The notes beneath the pieces are model-generated. The model was not told where the DNA came from. It ran no database searches and saw nothing but the letters and a program-made list of their open reading frames with translations. The translations under genes were made by a program, and so were the position numbers. Shown piece after piece: positions 27,303-37,140 of a DNA stretch of 64,000 bases (positions within the stretch are counted from its first letter, which is position 1; every line of letters begins with the position of its first letter). The stretch covers positions 48,715-112,714 of the IMG/VR virus record IMGVR_UViG_3300037483_001012; one strand, written 5' to 3'. This DNA comes from a virus.

Positions 27303-28381
27303 TGGGTCTTTGCCTTATTCCAAATATCGAGATAGTCCTCGCCTGGGGGAGGTTCTGGATTGATCACGCCTTTGACGTTGGCGGCGTCGAGCCGCGCCCG
27401 TAGCGCGCGCGCCGCTTTTCGGCCGGCCGGGGTTGGGTCGGGAGCTAGATCGCCGCCATCGATGCGCTTCGGATAATCACCATCGGGGAACTGGTCGCAG
27501 CGCTCGATCTCCGGCGGGGGCTCGAAGTTCATCATTCCGGAGGTGGAGAGCGTGGCCCATACCGGCCGGCGCCGGCCGATCAGATACCAAGCGCCCAGCG
27601 TGCTCTCGAGCCCCTCCCCCACGTCGGTGTGCGGCTGGAGCCCGCCGATGCGGACCGCGCCGCCACTTGCCGAGCCGAGCCCGAGCTTCTCCTCGCCCGG
27701 CACCGGCGCCTTGGCTGGCTTCTTGGGGTCCAGAAAGATGCGCCAGATCGCGGTGAACTCGCCCATGGCGTCGTCGACCCGCGCCACCAGTGCCGGATAT
27801 CGCTGGCCATTTGGGTGCTTCAGGCCGCCTGCAAACCCCAGAACGTCGGGCCAGCCCTCCTCCGGGGTCGGCAAGCCGCGGGCATTGAGGTAGGCCTCAG
27901 CGTGCGTGCCGGCGATTGGCACCACGTGCCGCCAGATACCGGCCGCGGCTTCGATCATCTCGGCTTCGTTGAGCACGTTCTCAGAATCGCGTTCCGCCCG
28001 CCATCGGGCCATCTCGGCCTCGCGCCTGGACTCCTGCTCCTCCCACGACCGCTGCTCGTCGGGCGACCGGTTACGCACGCGCGCGTCCTTCGGCATCGGA
28101 ATGCCGGCCATCGCTGCGCACTGCTCCACCGCCTGCGGAAATGTAAGGCCGTCTATCTGCATGAGAAAATCAAAGATGCTCCCGTTCCTAGCGGACGAAA
28201 AATCAAACCACGCCATCTTTTGGTCGTTGACGAAAAACGACGGCGTATTTTCCTTGTTGAACGGGGAGAGCCCGCGGAATTCGCGACCGGACCGCTTGAG
28301 CACCACGCGGCGGCCGACGACTTCCGACACCGGAAGCCGGGCGCGGATCTCGTCGAGAAACTGTGAGGTGAATTTGGCCAT
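27293..28381 (-). CDS. DNA primase (DnaG-type zinc-binding domain + Toprim)
   Basis: GLSPFNKENTPSFFV, GEGLES Toprim, GEDYLD. Confidence 0.88.
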   Translation of the reverse strand: MAKFTSQFLDEIRARLPVSEVVGRRVVLKRSGREFRGLSPFNKENTPSFFVNDQKMAWFDFSSARNGSIFDFLMQIDGLTFPQAVEQCAAMAGIPMPKDARVRNRSPDEQRSWEEQESRREAEMARWRAERDSENVLNEAEMIEAAAGIWRHVVPIAGTHAEAYLNARGLPTPEEGWPDVLGFAGGLKHPNGQRYPALVARVDDAMGEFTAIWRIFLDPKKPAKAPVPGEEKLGLGSASGGAVRIGGLQPHTDVGEGLESTLGAWYLIGRRRPVWATLSTSGMMNFEPPPEIERCDQFPDGDYPKRIDGGDLAPDPTPAGRKAARALRARLDAANVKGVINPEPPPGEDYLDIWNKAKTQWQ

Positions 28382-28382
28382 C

Positions 28383-30077
28383 TCACGCGCTGATCCCCTG
28401 CTTCGCCAAGTAATTCTGTGCCAGCAGTTTCACGCGCGCTTCGTCGCGATAAATCGGGAGGACCCCGGCCATCGGATCGCTGATGCCGCGCGCCTGCGTC
28501 CCCTTGATCCCGTGGATGCTCATGATCGTGGGATCAGAGCCCTCGTCTACGACACACCAGAAAGCATCGATGACGGATGCGCCTTGACCTGGACGGTCGA
28601 CGCGCCCAAGATTCTGCTGGTGAACAGCGCCCGACCAATCAAGTTCCCCGAAAATCTCGGTATGGCAGCGCTGCTGAAGACCATCAATACCGTCGCCAGA
28701 GCGCAGCGACATGATCATCAGGTCGGTCTCACCGTTGATGAAGGCGCGCTTGCTACGTTCCTTTTTTGCGGAACTTTCGCTGCCGGTGTAGAGGACCGGC
28801 CGGAAGTCAGCGAGTTCTTTCAACCAGATTTCGTAACAGTCGCGATGCCAGCCAAAGAGCAGCGTGGGGATGCCTTGACTAACGATCATCCTGGTGAAGG
28901 CCGCCACACCGCGGGCCTTCGCGACGCCAGTATCGTGACGCATAAGTGCGTCCAATTCGCGCGCTGCTTGACCACGCTCGACGAAACTGCCCGAGACGGT
29001 ACGTTGCGCAAGGAGACGCGTCAGATCACGGGATTCTTTCTCGGCGTCGTGGTCATAGTCTACGGTGATGATGTGAGTATTTACCGGCCGCCCTTCTCTT
29101 ACGCGGCGCAAAAACACCTGGATTTCGCGGAGATACGTCCCTAGCGCGTCCGGGTCTTTGACCGCCCACTTCCCGTTGCCAATGCTGGTGCACCATTCCC
29201 GATAGAATTCGTCGCGGGTGCCCAGCGCGCCCGGAACGAAAATCTCAAGAATATTGAATATCTCGTCGCCGTAATTGAACACCGGCGTGCCCGACATCGG
29301 CAGGCAGATCTGGGCGTTGTCGGCAAACACCTTGGCCGCCGCACCCTTCTGTGTTGCTATTCCCTTGCGTAATTCATGGCACTCGTCGGCGATAAAGGCT
29401 TTGAAGACCCCTGTCGCCGCTACATCCGCCCATCCGGCAATGTTCGAATACCGAAAGACATAAAGATTTGCGGGCGGCAGAGAGTATGGCGTTCGCCCTT
29501 CGATGATGTGGGCCGTTAGATAGGTGTGCGGCTTCACATACTCCTCGACCAATTGCTTGGGGAGGTGAGCCTTGGTGACGTAAGCCGCCGGCAGGAATGG
29601 CGAACCGACGATCGAAAGAAGCGCGGTATGCGTCTTGCCGTGACCCATGCTATCAGCAAGCAGGAGCCTCTTTTTACGGTGCAGCATCTCGGCCGCTTGC
29701 TGCTGGAGCAACCACGGTGTGAACGACGGTTTGAAACCGTGCCTAACCGGCGGCACGAAGTCCGGCATTAAGATGCGCTCGATATCATCCCGCTGTGTCT
29801 CGTAAAGTTGGCACCGTTCACTCAGGTGCGCGCGATCGTCGGCACTAATTTCGAGCGGGTATCTTTGGCAAAACCAGTCAAGGTCAGCGCAGATGTTCTC
29901 GACGTCGGCAAATTCGAATCTCCCGGTTTGCGCTTTGGCGATCGACGGGAATACCGATTTCAATCGGATCGCCACGTGGGGCTCAATCCCTTCCATAATC
30001 CAGCGACCGTTGCCGTATCGCAGGGCACCGTAAGGCTTGCCGGCCCGCGCAATCATGTTACTGGCGGTGACCGTCAT
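28383..30077 (-). CDS. SNF2-family helicase
   Basis: LADSMGHGKT, DECH, SGTP, GIDGLQ, GRVDRPGQ. Confidence 0.9.
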   Translation of the reverse strand: MTVTASNMIARAGKPYGALRYGNGRWIMEGIEPHVAIRLKSVFPSIAKAQTGRFEFADVENICADLDWFCQRYPLEISADDRAHLSERCQLYETQRDDIERILMPDFVPPVRHGFKPSFTPWLLQQQAAEMLHRKKRLLLADSMGHGKTHTALLSIVGSPFLPAAYVTKAHLPKQLVEEYVKPHTYLTAHIIEGRTPYSLPPANLYVFRYSNIAGWADVAATGVFKAFIADECHELRKGIATQKGAAAKVFADNAQICLPMSGTPVFNYGDEIFNILEIFVPGALGTRDEFYREWCTSIGNGKWAVKDPDALGTYLREIQVFLRRVREGRPVNTHIITVDYDHDAEKESRDLTRLLAQRTVSGSFVERGQAARELDALMRHDTGVAKARGVAAFTRMIVSQGIPTLLFGWHRDCYEIWLKELADFRPVLYTGSESSAKKERSKRAFINGETDLMIMSLRSGDGIDGLQQRCHTEIFGELDWSGAVHQQNLGRVDRPGQGASVIDAFWCVVDEGSDPTIMSIHGIKGTQARGISDPMAGVLPIYRDEARVKLLAQNYLAKQGISA

Positions 30078-30421
30078 AGCCAGGCCCTGCCCAGGTGGAC
30101 GAAATATGTTGCCTTGCCGGCGAGTTCAGGTGGGAAGCCCATCGCAACGTTGGTTGCGAGAATGAGCGCCTTCACCTTCTCGTGCCGACAATACCGTTCG
30201 CACTGCCGGTAAATCTCGCGACGCTGACCTTTGATCTTAACTTCGATCCCGATATCTCCGACCATGAAGTCGATTATGTCGGCGCCAGACAGGCGGACCT
30301 CTCGCTCGTGTTCGATGCCTGCGGTTACAAACTCAGCCGCGATCAACGACTGGAGCCTCTTCTCGTCGGAGAGATGGAAGCGTCGATTTCCGAGGAATAG
30401 GACCATCTCCGGTGCCAACAT
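30074..30421 (-). CDS. Small PD-(D/E)XK-like protein
   Basis: IDFMVGDIGIEVK...Q..RY. Confidence 0.6.
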   Translation of the reverse strand: MLAPEMVLFLGNRRFHLSDEKRLQSLIAAEFVTAGIEHEREVRLSGADIIDFMVGDIGIEVKIKGQRREIYRQCERYCRHEKVKALILATNVAMGFPPELAGKATYFVHLGRAWL

Positions 30422-30422
30422 G

Positions 30423-31436
30423 CTAAGCCACCCCTGCTGCGACCGGCGATTGGCTTAAATATTCCTTGGCGAGGGCTACTATCCGCTGTTCAACTGGCGA
30501 TCGCCCCGCTTGCGCCAACAGAAAAATCATCGACTGTCTTTGTCGATCGGCGGCCGCCGCGTTCCCGCTCGCGTCGTGTTGCTTTGCCCAATGAAGATGG
30601 ATGCCCATCCTGGCGCTGCGTCCGAACGCCGGATCCTTATGCCTATCTTTAGTTTGTCCGGCGTGCCGCCTGGCATAGGCAGGATCGGAATGCTTCTTGC
30701 GCAATCCAGCAGAATATTTCTCAGCGAAAACGGGATCTTGATGCTGGTTACGCGCCAACTCCGCCTTCTTCAGCCGAACCTGCGGCGTGTTAAACCGCCG
30801 CTGACCTTCATTTTGCTTCGCTCTAACCTCCGGCCTTTTGTTCGACTTGCGGACGCCCTCTATCTTGCGGGCTACAAATTCTGGATTTTGGTGAAGCTGC
30901 TTCAGATTGGCTGAAATCTTTGCCTTATGCTCTGGCCGCGCCTGTACCTCAGCCGACGCTGCTCGCGCTTTCGCGAGGTAAACCGGGTCCAGGTTCCTCC
31001 GGCGCACCATTTCCCGATGTTCCTTCAACACTGTCGGATCTGCGAACCGTCTTTTCTGTACCTCCGACAGCTTCTTTTTGCCGGCCGCAGTCAGTCGAGC
31101 GCCCTCGCCTCCGAGCGTCATGTTCAAGCCGTGAGGCCCAAGGGCAGTGTTCTGAAATTCGATGTGCCTGATCTCCGCGGCGAGAGCGAGGCGGTCGGCC
31201 TCTTCTAGCGTTTCGGCCGAGACGGTCTCTAGGATCTCTAACGAGAAAGCTGCGGCCCCATGCTTTGCAACGGAGCGAGCGATGCGCCGGCAAGCGCTGT
31301 GCGGCTTCATATGATTTTCAAACCTACGCTCTGGGCAAACGGACTTGCCAACGTAACGGATGCGACCGGAGTGCTCATGCCCCTCCTTCGTGAAGCGGAT
31401 TCCATAAACGTAAGAGTTGTGGGTCTCCGGGCTCAT
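30423..31436 (-). CDS. GIY-YIG homing endonuclease with NUMOD3-like helical repeats
   Basis: YVYGI...YVGKS...RRF..H...GLNMTLGGEG; repeated DP-containing basic units. Confidence 0.85.
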   Translation of the reverse strand: MSPETHNSYVYGIRFTKEGHEHSGRIRYVGKSVCPERRFENHMKPHSACRRIARSVAKHGAAAFSLEILETVSAETLEEADRLALAAEIRHIEFQNTALGPHGLNMTLGGEGARLTAAGKKKLSEVQKRRFADPTVLKEHREMVRRRNLDPVYLAKARAASAEVQARPEHKAKISANLKQLHQNPEFVARKIEGVRKSNKRPEVRAKQNEGQRRFNTPQVRLKKAELARNQHQDPVFAEKYSAGLRKKHSDPAYARRHAGQTKDRHKDPAFGRSARMGIHLHWAKQHDASGNAAAADRQRQSMIFLLAQAGRSPVEQRIVALAKEYLSQSPVAAGVA

Positions 31437-33814
31437 CAGGCCACACCCCTGCGATCAGCAGGCACCGCTTTGGCTTTTGGCGCCGCGTCTGCCATGATCG
31501 CGCCGACGCAGGCCTTCATCTTGGACACTGAAACCGCGTTGCCGATCTGTTTGATCTTTTCGGTCTTCGTGCCGGCGAATTCGTAGGTGGCTTCTTCGCT
31601 GTCGAAGCCCATCGCGGCGGCGAGTTCGTGGGGCTCAAGCATGCGGAACAGGATGTCGTATTCGGGCGTGGCCTGGATCAGGTCGACATGACCGGTAGCT
31701 GCAATAGTCGGTGCCGGTTGGTCGATGTCGTGAACGCGCGGTGATTGTCCCTGTCGCTCGCCGTGTTGCGCCGTGATGAAGGCGAGTTCACCACGGTTCG
31801 CGCCGGTCACGGTCGGCAGAGGATCGGTGCCGGCATCGCGGATGCGGTCGCTGATGTCGTGATGCGTCACCGGCATGACGATAGCGAATTCGCCGCCCTT
31901 CGCGGTCGTCATCGTCGGCACCGGGCCATCGACACTTTGCCCGGCCATGTGATTCCGCAGGATGACCAGGAAGGGCTCGGGCCATCCGAACTTGACCGCG
32001 CCGGCCATGATGCGCGCCAGCGTCTTGGGGGCCAGCGGCTTCTTGCGATTGAAAATCGAGTTGCCTTTGATATTCCAGTCGATGATGTCGCGCGCCGGTC
32101 GCCACGGTTTGATGCCGGGGAACAGCAACAGTTCGTCGGCAATCTTTTTCCGGTGCGTCGGGATCGGCCACGACACGCTGCGCTTGTCGCTGCGCGCCAT
32201 CAGGATAAACCGCTGGCGCGTCGTGGCGTCGCCAAAGTCGGCCGCGTTCAACTTGCGCCATTCCGGGTCATAGCCAAGCCGGCGAATCGTATCGATCCAT
32301 GCCCGGAAATATTCGCCCTTACGCGACGGGATCGGTTTGCCGGTGCGGGCGTCGACCGGACCCCAGCCACAGAATTCCCAGACGTTTTCAATGATCATGC
32401 GCTTGACGCGCAATTCTGTCAGCCAGGTTACGATGTGCCAAGGGTCGCTGCGTTGCTGGTCGCTGGTCGGTTTGCCGCCGCGCGCGACGCTGTGATGCGT
32501 GCAGTTATGAACGACGATGCCTTCAGCTACATATGATTCGTCTTCCTCGACCGAAATATTGAAAACCGGAACGGTCCGATTTGTTGGTGTTACTGACCTG
32601 ACCCGCAACCATGAAAGCCCGTCACTCTCGCCGCCATAGTTATGCTGACGGCTCCGGACCCAAACGAGATGATACTGGTCTCGCTGCGATACCTTCCGTC
32701 CTTCGATCGGGTTTTGTCGCGCGCGTGTGAGATGCATCGCAACGCGGTGGCCTAGAGATTCGGCCAGGAGCCTCATGCCCAACGCGAGCGATTTCGACAC
32801 AGTATTTGTTTCACACTTACGATGGTCGCCCCATCCATCGGCCGACAGATACCCTTCCAGCATTGCTCGGCGATCCCGCTCTGGCATTGTTAGCGCCCAT
32901 GCCGGCAGCCGTTTGCCGTGCGCCAACTTGCCAAAATGAGCCTTGAGCCAAAGCATCAAGCCCTCATGTTCGGTGTCAAACCGATAGCCTGTGGGCTGCT
33001 TTCGGCCGCTCCATCGCAACTCGTTCTCTGCGGCCCTGGGGCCAACCGCAGGCGCGAAATTTAGATGCGCAGCTAGCTCGTTGTGTTCGGAGTGTCCGCA
33101 ACAGATGATGATTGCGGCATTACGCGGTGCCTTGCGTTCGCCAAAGTAGCCATCGCCAAGCCAGCGTCCTACAAACCACCAGAACTCCGGCGAAAACTTA
33201 AGACCGCGACCTCCGATCTCCGGAACTGGCAGGTACTCGGCGCGTGTGGGCGTCGCCCAGAAGTGTTTCTTCGCCTTCAGCGACGCGGCAGGAACCCATG
33301 CCGGGTCCGTATACCGATGTCTCCCGCTGCCAGGCGCGTAGCGATGCTTTAGTCTTCTCTCGCAAGCAAGAAATGGATGATCGGCGGTTGTCTCGATACC
33401 GAAATGGCCATGGCCTCGCACTAGAACGGTCGGTGCCTCGGTCCTCATGGTAGATGACACTCGTCGCCACCGACCTTTGTGCGTCAAAACCCTAACGCCC
33501 GGCTCAACCGTTTCTATCGGCTCGAACCCACGCTCGGTCATGACCAACGTTCCGGCCGGAAAACAGGTCGGCGACGCCATCAACAGATCGAGATAGCCCT
33601 CCGGCACGATCAGGTGCGGCCGCACGGTCGCAATGTCCTGGCAGTAGTGGCGGGCCTCGGGGTGGTTCTTGGAATGCGTATCGAGCGCAACGGGCCAATG
33701 GTTGACGCAAACCAGTTCCATCTTAAGACCGAGTTCGGCGAGCGCGCGGGCACATCCGGTCGACGATCCGCCAGCACCGCAAAGTAAGTCCGCAACGAGT
33801 ATCTTCTTGGTCAT
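31436..33814 (-). CDS. C5 DNA cytosine methyltransferase with intein
   Basis: DLLCGAGG, ASPT/C, ENV, R.RF, QIGNAV. Confidence 0.92.
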   Translation of the reverse strand: MTKKILVADLLCGAGGSSTGCARALAELGLKMELVCVNHWPVALDTHSKNHPEARHYCQDIATVRPHLIVPEGYLDLLMASPTCFPAGTLVMTERGFEPIETVEPGVRVLTHKGRWRRVSSTMRTEAPTVLVRGHGHFGIETTADHPFLACERRLKHRYAPGSGRHRYTDPAWVPAASLKAKKHFWATPTRAEYLPVPEIGGRGLKFSPEFWWFVGRWLGDGYFGERKAPRNAAIIICCGHSEHNELAAHLNFAPAVGPRAAENELRWSGRKQPTGYRFDTEHEGLMLWLKAHFGKLAHGKRLPAWALTMPERDRRAMLEGYLSADGWGDHRKCETNTVSKSLALGMRLLAESLGHRVAMHLTRARQNPIEGRKVSQRDQYHLVWVRSRQHNYGGESDGLSWLRVRSVTPTNRTVPVFNISVEEDESYVAEGIVVHNCTHHSVARGGKPTSDQQRSDPWHIVTWLTELRVKRMIIENVWEFCGWGPVDARTGKPIPSRKGEYFRAWIDTIRRLGYDPEWRKLNAADFGDATTRQRFILMARSDKRSVSWPIPTHRKKIADELLLFPGIKPWRPARDIIDWNIKGNSIFNRKKPLAPKTLARIMAGAVKFGWPEPFLVILRNHMAGQSVDGPVPTMTTAKGGEFAIVMPVTHHDISDRIRDAGTDPLPTVTGANRGELAFITAQHGERQGQSPRVHDIDQPAPTIAATGHVDLIQATPEYDILFRMLEPHELAAAMGFDSEEATYEFAGTKTEKIKQIGNAVSVSKMKACVGAIMADAAPKAKAVPADRRGVA
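32504..33565 (-). mobile_element. Intein (354 aa) with LAGLIDADG endonuclease, inserted at the MTase catalytic Cys
   Basis: CFPAGTLV...TTADHPF...VGRWLGDG...LEGYLSADG...VFNISV...VVHN/C. Confidence 0.93.
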
Positions 33815-34671
33815 TTCACCACCGACAGCGAAATCTGGATATTTTTGATGCGGTTTAGCTTCAGCCCGACTGAGGCGAGCGGCGCCGTTAGATCATCGAC
33901 CAAGTCATCGATAATCTTGACGGCCGGTGTCGGCGCGCGGCCGGTCCACAACTTACCGATCATGAAGTTGTACCCAATCCCGCTTGGCATGACCTTGGCG
34001 AGCATCGATATCATGTGCGCGCCGCGCTCTGAGGTTTCGACGATCTTCCCGTCGAACACGATGGCCGATCCGTCGCCGCTGAATTCGCAGGTCACGCCGT
34101 TGAACGATGTCGGTTCACGGCTTGGTGTGGCTTGGCGCTTAGGTTGCGGCGTAGAAGCCGGCGCGGCCGCAAGACGCTCTTTGATCTGGCGAACGGCCGG
34201 CGTCATCGCCGCCTTCGGTACTGGCTTTTGCGGTTTTAATTCGATTGGCTCTATCTTTTTAGCCGGCGGCTTTGGTGATGATGTAGGGCCCTCCTCGCAC
34301 CACGGCAGCGGACCGACCTCGATCGCGCCGTCGATCTCCCTCACCTCGCACGGCGCCATGCCGTGCTGTTCGTTCGGGTAGGCCGATATCCGCCCGAGAA
34401 AGAAGTCATAGAATGTGCTCGCGCCATTGAGTTTGACGTGTGCAATGCCGTCCGGCGCCGGTATCAGCCGCAGACGGCCGGCGCTTTCATCGGCACCGAT
34501 CAGCACATCGAATGTTTGAAGCCCGGCCGGATTGGCGCGCCGAAGCAGATTCGCCTCGATAGAAATCTTGAGTGTCGCGAATTTTGCGTTGCGGACCTTG
34601 CGTAGACCGGCGCGCGCCAGCGTCGGCCCGCGATATCCGTCCTCGATCCTTTCCAGCCTGATGAAACTCAT
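33811..34671 (-). CDS. Hypothetical protein (C-terminal wHTH-like)
   Basis: Coupled by ATGA overlaps on both sides. Confidence 0.7.
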   Translation of the reverse strand: MSFIRLERIEDGYRGPTLARAGLRKVRNAKFATLKISIEANLLRRANPAGLQTFDVLIGADESAGRLRLIPAPDGIAHVKLNGASTFYDFFLGRISAYPNEQHGMAPCEVREIDGAIEVGPLPWCEEGPTSSPKPPAKKIEPIELKPQKPVPKAAMTPAVRQIKERLAAAPASTPQPKRQATPSREPTSFNGVTCEFSGDGSAIVFDGKIVETSERGAHMISMLAKVMPSGIGYNFMIGKLWTGRAPTPAVKIIDDLVDDLTAPLASVGLKLNRIKNIQISLSVVK

Positions 34672-35321
34672 GTTGCCACCTTCGGCCGGAACAGGTCTTC
34701 GGCGGCGCCGGCGATGCGCGGATTAAGGTGGCCGCGCAAATGCCACGCCAGACCGATTGCGTCGGCCTGATCTCCATTACGCACGTCGATGCCAAGTCGA
34801 TGGCACTGCAGCATCGATTGCTGCTTCCACCACTTGCTGGCGTTGTCGCAGCCTTTCGGCGGGCTCTTCGCGCCAAAGAACGATGATCGCCACGTCTTGT
34901 TGTTGACGACATACAGCGGAATATTCAGCCGCTCGCACGTCTCGCACGCTGCACCGGCAAGCGCGTACAGGCGGAAAATCACATTGAAGGTGGTGCCGCC
35001 CTTCTGCTCGTACTTGATCGCCTGGCCGGCGAAGTTCGCAGCCATGTCGACGACCGGCTTTTTGAAGCTGACGTTCGACTGAAGCGGCCGCTCCATAGCG
35101 ACCGCCTCGATCTCGTTCGCGACCAACCACGCCCTGAGATGGTCGCGGAACTCCCGAACCATCTTTCCTTCGTGCTGGAAATCAACCTCGCCACGATCGA
35201 GATCGAATGGGCGCTTCGCGCTCGGCCGAAACGATTCCGCGCGAAAGACATCGCCATCGCAGATAGCCAAGCCAGAATTGGTCGCAACATCGATCCCGGC
35301 GATTTTCAATGGTGACCTCAA
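34668..35321 (-). CDS. RuvC-like Holliday junction resolvase
   Basis: IAGIDVAT, VAME, DQADAIGL. Confidence 0.75.
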   Translation of the reverse strand: MRSPLKIAGIDVATNSGLAICDGDVFRAESFRPSAKRPFDLDRGEVDFQHEGKMVREFRDHLRAWLVANEIEAVAMERPLQSNVSFKKPVVDMAANFAGQAIKYEQKGGTTFNVIFRLYALAGAACETCERLNIPLYVVNNKTWRSSFFGAKSPPKGCDNASKWWKQQSMLQCHRLGIDVRNGDQADAIGLAWHLRGHLNPRIAGAAEDLFRPKVAT

Positions 35322-36034
35322 TGAGTCGTGCCGGACGACGCTTCACCGGCGCCGGCATCGGCGTCGAACGGCTGCTCTTTATCGGTATCCTCGAGGATGT
35401 CGTCGTCGAGCGCATCACTCTTCTGGGCCGGTTGGGTAGCCGGCACCAACGCCGTATCCGTCGGCCCCCGGAAGGCGACCTTCATCAGCGCGGCCTGCCC
35501 TTCGTGCCAACCCTCAATCCAGCGCTGCTGGGTTTGCGGCGCGTAGGTGCTCGGCGGCACGCAGGACTTACCTTCCATGCCCGAGATCTTGCCTTCCTCG
35601 AAGGCCCGGTCATCGATTGGGGTCGGATCGGACTTGCCGTCGACAAAGAGGTCGAGTTGCGCCACCGGATGGTTCAGCCATCGAGCAATCTGCTGCTCGC
35701 GCTGGCGCTTCTTGACGATTGCCTTCTCGTCGCCCTTGCGCAGCGCTAGGCCGAAGTCGACGTCGTCCTTGCTGAAGCTCCGCGCCTCCAACTGCTGCCG
35801 CTTGTTTCTTATCTTGGCGACGACGGAATCTTTTTCCTGGATCAGCGTTTCGAGTTCGCTGAGGCCGTTCACGAACAGCGCGCGCTGCTCGTCGTCGGTC
35901 AGCGTTGAAGCGCCGGTCGTTTCCGGCGCTCCTTCGGAGTTGTGGCCAGGCGTGGCGTTTGCAGGGCCACGGTCCTTTTTGTCGCTCCGCGGCTTGCGGG
36001 GGGCTTTGTCGACGCTTCCCTTGGTTCTGGCCAT
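35318..36034 (-). CDS. GapR/DUF2312-like DNA-binding protein
   Basis: Coiled segment followed by FSKDDVDFGLALRK and QLDLF; GGAG RBS. Confidence 0.5.
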   Translation of the reverse strand: MARTKGSVDKAPRKPRSDKKDRGPANATPGHNSEGAPETTGASTLTDDEQRALFVNGLSELETLIQEKDSVVAKIRNKRQQLEARSFSKDDVDFGLALRKGDEKAIVKKRQREQQIARWLNHPVAQLDLFVDGKSDPTPIDDRAFEEGKISGMEGKSCVPPSTYAPQTQQRWIEGWHEGQAALMKVAFRGPTDTALVPATQPAQKSDALDDDILEDTDKEQPFDADAGAGEASSGTTH

Positions 36035-36035
36035 T

Positions 36036-37139
36036 TTATGTCTCCATCGGTGTTGGTTGATCTTGCATCTGCGTTGAGGCGGCGGCGACACCCGGCCACT
36101 TGTTGCCTTTCCGGATGTTGTCGATCGCCCAAAGCGGCTGGTAATTTGTGTAATGAAAGCAAGTGAATTGCTGCGCTGGGTCCGTGAAGTCGAACGACGA
36201 GACCGGTCGAATGTGATCGAGTTGCCAGCAGCCGCGTTTGCGACCCCAATTTTCCCAAGTCATGCCCGGTAACCACCGAGTTTCGATGTGCGCCCTGAAA
36301 TCAGCTATCGTGCAGCCGAGAAGTTCGGTGAGGCGATAGGCTTTCCGCCCATTACGGCGTTTTACGGCGGCCCGGACCATACAGCTAAGCGTAAACGCCA
36401 TCCGCTTATGTGGGTCCGCAAAAGCTTTTTTCCGCTTATTGACTTCGTGGCGGGCTACGGCCTCCGGATGCTGTCGGCGCCAGTTGGCGTTTCGTGCCGT
36501 CTGCCTAGCAACGTTCTTGGTGTGCCATATCCTGAACTTCGCAAGACTGCACTGTCGGCAGTTTCCGCTGGAAACAAGTCTTTCGCTGACATGCCCATGT
36601 TTGCATGGAATGCCGGTGAAATACCATTTCAGGCCCGACGCTCTCGCCTCGCCACATGATACGTACCTCGTGTCCGCTGCCTTACGCGCGGCATTCTCAG
36701 CCGCGCGCCGATTGGCAGTGTCAGCCCTTCTGCGTGCGCCGGCGAGCGTGCGGTAGCGCTTCGCGCGAATGGGGTCAGCCTTCGGAGAGCACCCCTTGCA
36801 CCGTGAGACTAGCTTGCCAGACGCGCGCTTGTAAAAACTGCTGGCCGAAAGTGTCTTTCCGCACCCAGGACACCGCTTCTCAACTTTTGGCCGCGAACGG
36901 CAGGTGCTGCACGCTTTCGACCTTGTGTCTTTCTTGCCTCCGCAAGCGCAGACGTTGGTAGTGCCCGGCTTGCGCTTAGCGGACAAGAAACAGTTTCGGC
37001 ATACAATAGCTCGATAGTCCATCAGCGCGCCGCAATGACACGACCTCAGGTTCCATGCACTCGCGCCGTCTAACGCGCGGCTTATCGGCACAAAGCCGTT
37101 GGGATGAACGAGTGTTGGAGGAGTGTGTGCTTGATCCAT
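36036..37139 (-). CDS. HNH endonuclease with multiple zinc fingers
   Basis: GMTWENWG...WQLDHIRP...CFHYTNYQPLWA.DN.RK; repeated CxC/CxxC. Confidence 0.85.
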   Translation of the reverse strand: MDQAHTPPTLVHPNGFVPISRALDGASAWNLRSCHCGALMDYRAIVCRNCFLSAKRKPGTTNVCACGGKKDTRSKACSTCRSRPKVEKRCPGCGKTLSASSFYKRASGKLVSRCKGCSPKADPIRAKRYRTLAGARRRADTANRRAAENAARKAADTRYVSCGEARASGLKWYFTGIPCKHGHVSERLVSSGNCRQCSLAKFRIWHTKNVARQTARNANWRRQHPEAVARHEVNKRKKAFADPHKRMAFTLSCMVRAAVKRRNGRKAYRLTELLGCTIADFRAHIETRWLPGMTWENWGRKRGCWQLDHIRPVSSFDFTDPAQQFTCFHYTNYQPLWAIDNIRKGNKWPGVAAASTQMQDQPTPMET

Positions 37140-37140
37140 T

